Shown in pieces: positions 59,201 to 64,000 of a stretch of 64,000 nt of DNA (positions are counted from its first letter, which is position 1; every line of letters starts with the position of its first letter). A model generated the notes under the pieces. The model made no database searches. It saw only the letters and a list, made by a program, of their open reading frames with translations, and was not told the origin of the DNA. Source of the stretch: Hormiphora californensis (lineage: Eukaryota > Animalia > Ctenophora); contig CM035359.1 in the NCBI GenBank assembly GCA_020137815.1, forward strand, positions 4,960,001 to 5,024,000. Reading direction: 5' to 3'. The translations under genes were made by a program, and so were the position numbers.

Positions 59201-61716
59201 ACAACTGAACGATGTTACAAGCTTGATACAACCGTTGCTAAGGCCATAAGAATCAGGGAGATTAGTAAACTGGGTAGCATCTCAAATGTCAAGAATTCAA
59301 AAGTCAAAGTTATTCACCTGCTACGTGATCCCAGAGGAACTTTCAATTCTCGTTGCCATGGTTTCCCAAATTTCTACCTCCCCGATGACAAGGAGATTCC
59401 GGTTGAGCCAATTACCAATGAAAAGGCGAAACTGATCGCACAGGATTATTGTGAAAGGGAGGTGGTTAACCTGAGATTAACGGATGAGAACATGCCCAGT
59501 TGGTTGGATGGAAACTACCTCCGTCTCACACACAGCCAGATCTCATTAGACCCCCTCGGAAATGCGGAGAAGGTTTATAATTTCCTGGGTTTGGAGCTAC
59601 CCCAGAGCGTTCGGCAGTGGGCTATTGACCAGCAGAATGTGGAGGGCGAAGAGGAGGATTTGATGTCCACCAAGAAGAATGCTCAGTTGGTGTTGAATAA
59701 GTGGAAGGAAGAGTTGCAACCAGAATGGGTTCAAACAATTCAGAATGAATGCAGAGAACTGATGTTACGGTTAAATATGACTTTAGTGTGAGGGATCAGA
59801 TACTTCTTATCGTATTTTCTTGCTATGGTGAAAACATTTTTTATCAAAATTTAAAAAGTGACGTCATAAATCACTAATTTCTCATGTGACTGTGCTCATT
59901 ACACAGTTTTTCACCTACTTACGGTCATGTAGTATGACGACATATGGGTCACCACACACCAAAGTTAAAATAAAAATATATATCATTTAAAATATCTTGA
60001 ATCAGTTAATATTGAACTCACTTACGGTCAGATCATGCAGTATGACAACATATTATCTTGTATTGAACTCACTGTTTCATTCCTTCCTTGATGTCATCCT
60101 CCTGTTCTTCCCACCAGAGGCTGAAGAAGGACACCTGAGATGTTGTCAATTATAAGAGTCACCATTAGATCACTCTGTGTAACCATGGTAACCGGTGTAA
60201 CCTGTGTTCCCATGGTAACTATGTTATCAAATCATCTACCCATGATCAGATAATCTGAATAGTGTGCAGTAGTGAACATGGTACGGCTCGAGAGAGATTA
60301 TGAAATTGCTTACCTCTGCGTACATGTATTTGAAATCGGGTGTCTCCACAGCCTTGAGGTACAACCATGTTAAGATCCACCTCACTTTGTGCTCGTAATA
60401 CCACTGGTAGGTTTCCAGCCAGCCTGGTTAATATCATTAGTTAATTAATTAATTATGTAATCAATTAATAATATTATGTAATTAAATTAATATTTAGTTA
60501 ATTAATTGTTAATTTATCCATATCAGCTACTATAATAGGACATGTTTTAATAGTTGGCATGATTGATAAACTAGCCGCTTAGATTATACCGTGTACATTC
60601 CTGACGTAATATCCCTATTTCTCTCGGGCCTAGTTACCTTGGTAACGAAATTACACTGTTCGCTTCGTTACCAGCTGCATGGTTAGTAACCATATTGGTT
60701 ACCATGGTTACCTGGGTCGCAATGTGTGTGGGGCACTAGGAATACTCGGAGTGGTTCAGAATAAGGGAGTGGTTCGAGGTCCGGGAATGATGATTTATCG
60801 TGCACTGAAATAGAAATTCAGCGATTAAAGAGACAATTTTGTAATAAAATTTCTTATATAAAGAGACACCCCTCCCTAGTTCTCTCTCCCTATCTCTATA
60901 ACTCACCTCCATTCTCTAGTTCAAAAGATAATTCTTCTATCAACGTGGAAACCTGCAGGAAGAAAACTATTGTAAACATGGTGCAGTGTCAAACAAATTG
61001 CAAACTTGCTACTTTTTTACATCAAAATCTGATGAAATCTAATCCTGTCTGGCGCCGCGACCCGTCTGAGCTCAGATTTGAGAATCAAATTGGGGTCTGG
61101 CGCCGCCAGACAGATCTAATCAGAATTTCATAATCAATAATTGTTAATTAATACTTCACAAAAATCGTGCTGCATTACATAACCTGGATATCAGCGTTGT
61201 TTGATGTGGCTAACATGGGTTCAAGACACGTGGGCTCTTTCTCATTCTGTACAACAAGGAAGCCATCTGAACCATTCACAGAACCATCCAGTCCACTTCC
61301 CTCAATATCACGACGATCAACAAACTCGACCTGGAATAGCTGCTGTCAGCTGCCAATAGACTGTAATGTAGGTCAATATGCTCTGACCAAGGTTCTCGCA
61401 CGCTCGGTCAGGCCAATGCTCTGACATGGAATTGGGGGATTGGAAAAGCACTATACAATTTGGAAATGATGACCAAACCATGTCAGGCATTACGGTAGGA
61501 TCCTTTCTCAAGTGATTCGCAATCTGTATTGCTCAAAGGAGCGAAGATAGGCTGAAGGCGTCCCTGGCGCTTGTTAAACGACTAGTTTCGGTAAATTATA
61601 TTGCCATGATTGGTACATACGTTGGTATCAGGTTCCTGCCTTTTTGGGTAAGCGGTGACAACGAAAATGAAGCAGAAACATATTGCTCCAATCGCCAGCC
61701 GAGAGTGTTTTCTCAT
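41282..61716 (-). CDS. MAN2A1: Golgi alpha-mannosidase II-like (GH38), ~20 exons over 20.4 kb; hosts three nested genes
   Basis: N-terminal anchor [20 protein letters not shown] (61621-61716), [26 protein letters not shown]...[88 protein letters not shown]. The symbol denotes the MAN2A family. Confidence 0.92.
41747..41855. mobile_element. 109-bp hAT-type MITE (copy 2) with 8-bp TSD TCACATAG
   Basis: TIR CAGGAACCGACCGA...TCGGTCGGTTCCTG and an exact 8-bp TSD. Confidence 0.9.
42553..44356. repeat. 34-bp tandem array (~53 units) made of a mannosidase exon end plus GT donor
   Basis: Unit GGGTGAATAGTTTGTCCTTATATCGGTGCTACCT; on minus it encodes [10 protein letters not shown]|GT. Confidence 0.97.
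44512..45398. mobile_element. Tc1/mariner-type foldback MITE, TA TSD, ~390-bp TIRs
   Basis: TA|CAGGGGTGGGCATAAAAAATGTCC...GGACATTTTTTATGCCCACCCCTG|TA. Confidence 0.85.
46814..47090. mobile_element. Palindromic MITE (GGGTCACCACACACCAAAG termini; possibly PIF/Harbinger); end fragment also at ~59946
   Basis: Arms of ~115 bp are reverse complements. Confidence 0.75.
48229..49553. mobile_element. 1.3-kb near-perfect palindromic element (piggyBac-like AGGG-TTA end)
   Basis: Arms of ~630 bp, a ~24-bp spacer at 48875-48898 and an internal ~165-bp duplication in each arm. Confidence 0.8.
49560..51444. mobile_element. Mutator/Foldback-like element: ~540-bp TIRs of (CTAGACGG)-type subrepeats, 9-bp TSD TTATAACAC
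   Basis: GGCAATTTCTCATTTGCGGC...GCCGCAAATGAGAAATTGCC with an exact 9-bp TSD. Confidence 0.88.
50301..50833. mobile_element. TIR element nested in the Mutator-like element (CCCCCATAGG termini, 2-bp CT duplication; CMC/EnSpm-like)
   Basis: TIRs of ~150 bp (same [10 protein letters not shown] peptide on both strands). Confidence 0.7.
50836..53617. repeat. 1391-bp direct tandem duplication including one mannosidase exon
   Basis: Identical 82-aa ORFs at 51541 and 52932; no differences seen by eye. Confidence 0.92.
53624..53853 (+). CDS. First exon of a secreted protein nested in a mannosidase intron (fragment, frameshifted)
   Basis: Acceptor, then ATG and signal peptide [16 protein letters not shown], then [24 protein letters not shown], then donor CAG|GTGAGT. 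Downstream exons not identified. Confidence 0.45.
55082..56767 (+). CDS. SLC22-family (MFS) organic ion transporter nested antisense in a mannosidase intron
   Basis: Exons 55082-55226 and 55362-56767: ELDLVC, DRFGRK, VPESPQW, RVGRR, ETKG and ~12 TM segments. Confidence 0.88.
58537..59791 (+). CDS. Golgi carbohydrate 6-O-sulfotransferase (CHST1/3-like) nested antisense in a mannosidase intron
   Basis: Exons 58537-58842 and 58973-59791: N-terminal TM, 5'-[18 protein letters not shown]...FEP and 3'-[14 protein letters not shown]. Confidence 0.88.
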
Positions 61717-61840
61717 TTGCATTCACTAAACAACTATTTAATAAAATACAAATCAGTTACATGGTTTAAGAAATTCATCAATATACGATCAGTACCCCCG
61801 AAACTCATGATGAGGGTGACATAAGTGACCAACAGAAGCT

Positions 61841-62195
61841 TGGTGACATAGACACCTGGCGCGACCGAGATCAGATTGAGCTCACACACAGGTTGGTGAC
61901 ATAGACACCTGGCGCGACTGAGATTGAGCTCACACATATGTGCCCGCTCGGCCCCAAAAAGGGTCGTTTCTTTCAAGGGATGTTGCACGCGATCCATTGG
62001 ACCCGAGAAGTTTGTCTGTCAACAAGAAGTGGGTCAAAATTGACACTGAAGTCAAATCTATAATCTGACTTCCGAGAGTTTTTACACCACTCCCAAGCGG
62101 TTTAGACTGAAACAACCCTTTTGGGGAGGGGGGGGGGGGGGGGCGGAGCGGACACCTGTGTGCGGGGGTCGCGCCAGGTGTCTATGTCACCAAAA
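61841..62195. mobile_element. MITE with TIRs TTGGTGACATAGACACCTGGCGCGACC
   Basis: Reverse complement at 62168-62193; internal repeat of the left end. Confidence 0.65.
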
Positions 62196-62439
62196 CAGGA
62201 GCCTCGTCGAAATCTAGAGAGGGGAGATCAACGAACTTGAGTATTTAAATTTTGTATTCAGCTTCTCTAGTCGACCACTTTTCCATGGGGTGATAGAGGA
62301 GAGATCAACGAAAGGAAAGACCAAGATTGCCAGCTCAATTGAAAAGATATATTCAATTGTGATGGGGTGATTGGATGCGGGTTCTTCCTTTAGGATTAAA
62401 AACATTATTATTCCAGGGAATTACAACTATGCCTGGCTG

Positions 62440-62825
62440 GAAAATTTTGATTTGCCGCGGATGTCGTCCAGACGCCGTCTACACGACGTCAGACGGGCTT
62501 GAGACGTGCCGTTCAGACGGCCGTCTGAAACGGTCTCTACCTGTTTAGACGGAATTGGAAGAAATCAGACGGTGTACTGGACGAAATCAGACGGTTTTGT
62601 ATTTTGTACAATGTACTCGTCTATACGGGTTTTGCTCCAGACGCTGTCTGGCTCATACGGGCTTGAGACAGAATTTCTATTGGTGACGTTCAGACGTGCT
62701 TGAGACGGGTTTGGTTTCCGTCTGATTTCTGAGGTTCCGTCAAAACATTTCAGTCTAGTCTGGACGACGTCTGGAAGGTGTTTAGACGGCGTCTGGACGA
62801 CGTCTGCGGCAAATCAAAATTTGCC
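62440..62825. mobile_element. Short Mutator/Foldback-like element related to 49560-51444
   Basis: AAAATTTTGATTTGCCGC...GCGGCAAATCAAAATTT ends and AGACG subrepeats. Confidence 0.7.
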
Positions 62826-63223
62826 TCCGACTTTATCCTGTTTCAAATGATTCAAAGAGATAACAAATCTTTTTAAAAGTTAGAAATTAATTGAACGAAT
62901 CAGAATACATACAAAATTTAGTCAAATTATGCTCGGGACTTGGAAAATATCTAAATTTCACAATGATCACATTCATTCATAATCAATACCATATCAAAAC
63001 TAGAAGTCACTGTCAAATTCAATACGAAACTCAAAACATTTCAACAAAATAAATCAAATGAAATTAAGAATCAAGATAATTACATTATTTTTCAGTTTTA
63101 TCATTCACGGAAAATAGTTTTTTAGTTGCTGGAGACAGAGAAAGGAAAGTAAAACCTCGTTCTATTAATTTTAAATGTTAGTTTAGTCAAACTCAAAGCA
63201 TGGAGACTTTGAATTCATGGAGT

Positions 63224-63909
63224 TTAGTATCCACCGATTGGGTTCTTGAAAACGGCTGAAGTTTCCGCATGGTTCTTTCCAAATATTTTGCTGAAATTAG
63301 GGACAGTTAGTGGGTCAATGACTTAGAAGCGGAGAGTATATGATACCTCCAATGTCCGCGGACTTATACAGGGCAAAAGCGCCTAATTTAAATAATAAAT
63401 TCTAAAAAGCAGATCTGAATTCTTCAAATATAAAGAACAAGTTCTCTGTTCTAAACTCACCCCTTGGTAACGATGCAGTATACAATCACAAGGACGATTA
63501 TAACAAGTCCAATAAGACCGAACACGACTGCTAGACTGATGTTAGTAGCGTATGTCTTGGGCATGTCAACAGAGGCTGGCTCTCCAACATAACAATCCTG
63601 GGGAGGGGAAACGAGTTAAAATTGAAGAGAGGGAATCGGGTTAAAATGGGAGGGAGGGAAACGGGTTAAAATTGAAGAGAGGGAATCGGGTTAAAATGGG
63701 AGGGAGGGAATCGGGTTAAAGTTGAAGGGAGGGAATCGGGTTAAAATGGGGGGGGGGGGGGTCCCGGGGGGTCACAGCTATCTCACCTCTGCCATAGAAC
63801 TGGAATCAGGACAGGCATTCAACATGATGAGATACTCAGCATCCCCAACAAACCCGTACTCGGAGTAATCCAGGGTAGTTGTCAGCCCGCTTACACCAGA
63901 TTTATCAAG
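63224..63909 (-). CDS. 3' end of a type I membrane protein (gene begins beyond the window)
   Basis: Exons 63787-63909, 63461-63597 (TM ISLAVVFGLIGLVIIVLVIVYCIV) and 63224-63291 (tail ...AVFKNPIGGY*). Confidence 0.65.
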
Positions 63910-64000
63910 CTAGATATGAGAGGAGGTGTTAGGATAGAGGAGGAGGAGGGGTGTTAGGAGAGAGAATGGGGGTGTTAGGAGAGAGAATGGGGGTGTTAGG

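Overview
Gene-dense, intron-rich animal genomic DNA. It is most likely a cydippid ctenophore (Pleurobrachia/Hormiphora-like); this is inferred from a 109-bp MITE I recall from Pleurobrachia gene models, a ctenophore-type secreted domain and extreme gene nesting. Manual exon stitching gives about 17 protein genes. Minus strand: a tight run RAD17 -> TSR3 -> GT8 glycosyltransferase (partial) with a 7TM GPCR further downstream, an unknown ~300-aa protein, a 20-kb Golgi alpha-mannosidase II gene and the 3' end of a type I membrane protein. Plus strand: BAG1 -> RBM26/27, a free-standing secreted-domain gene and seven genes nested antisense in host introns (GPCR, two F5/8/fucolectin-like genes, a second secreted-domain gene, a secreted fragment, an SLC22 transporter and a carbohydrate sulfotransferase). 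Introns are filled with non-autonomous palindromic DNA transposons; no transposase is present. The most distinctive pattern is that many tandem repeats are seeded on exon-intron junctions, producing up to ~53 decoy splice sites. Where frames were checked, only the exon-proximal site keeps the ORF. Other notable items are a circularly permuted segmental copy (XYZXYZ vs YZX), an identical in-frame duplication of a catalytic mannosidase exon and splice acceptors just upstream of most ATGs (SL trans-splicing/operon-like). Several single-base indels suggest an incompletely polished assembly. All coordinates are hand-derived and may be off by a few bases.
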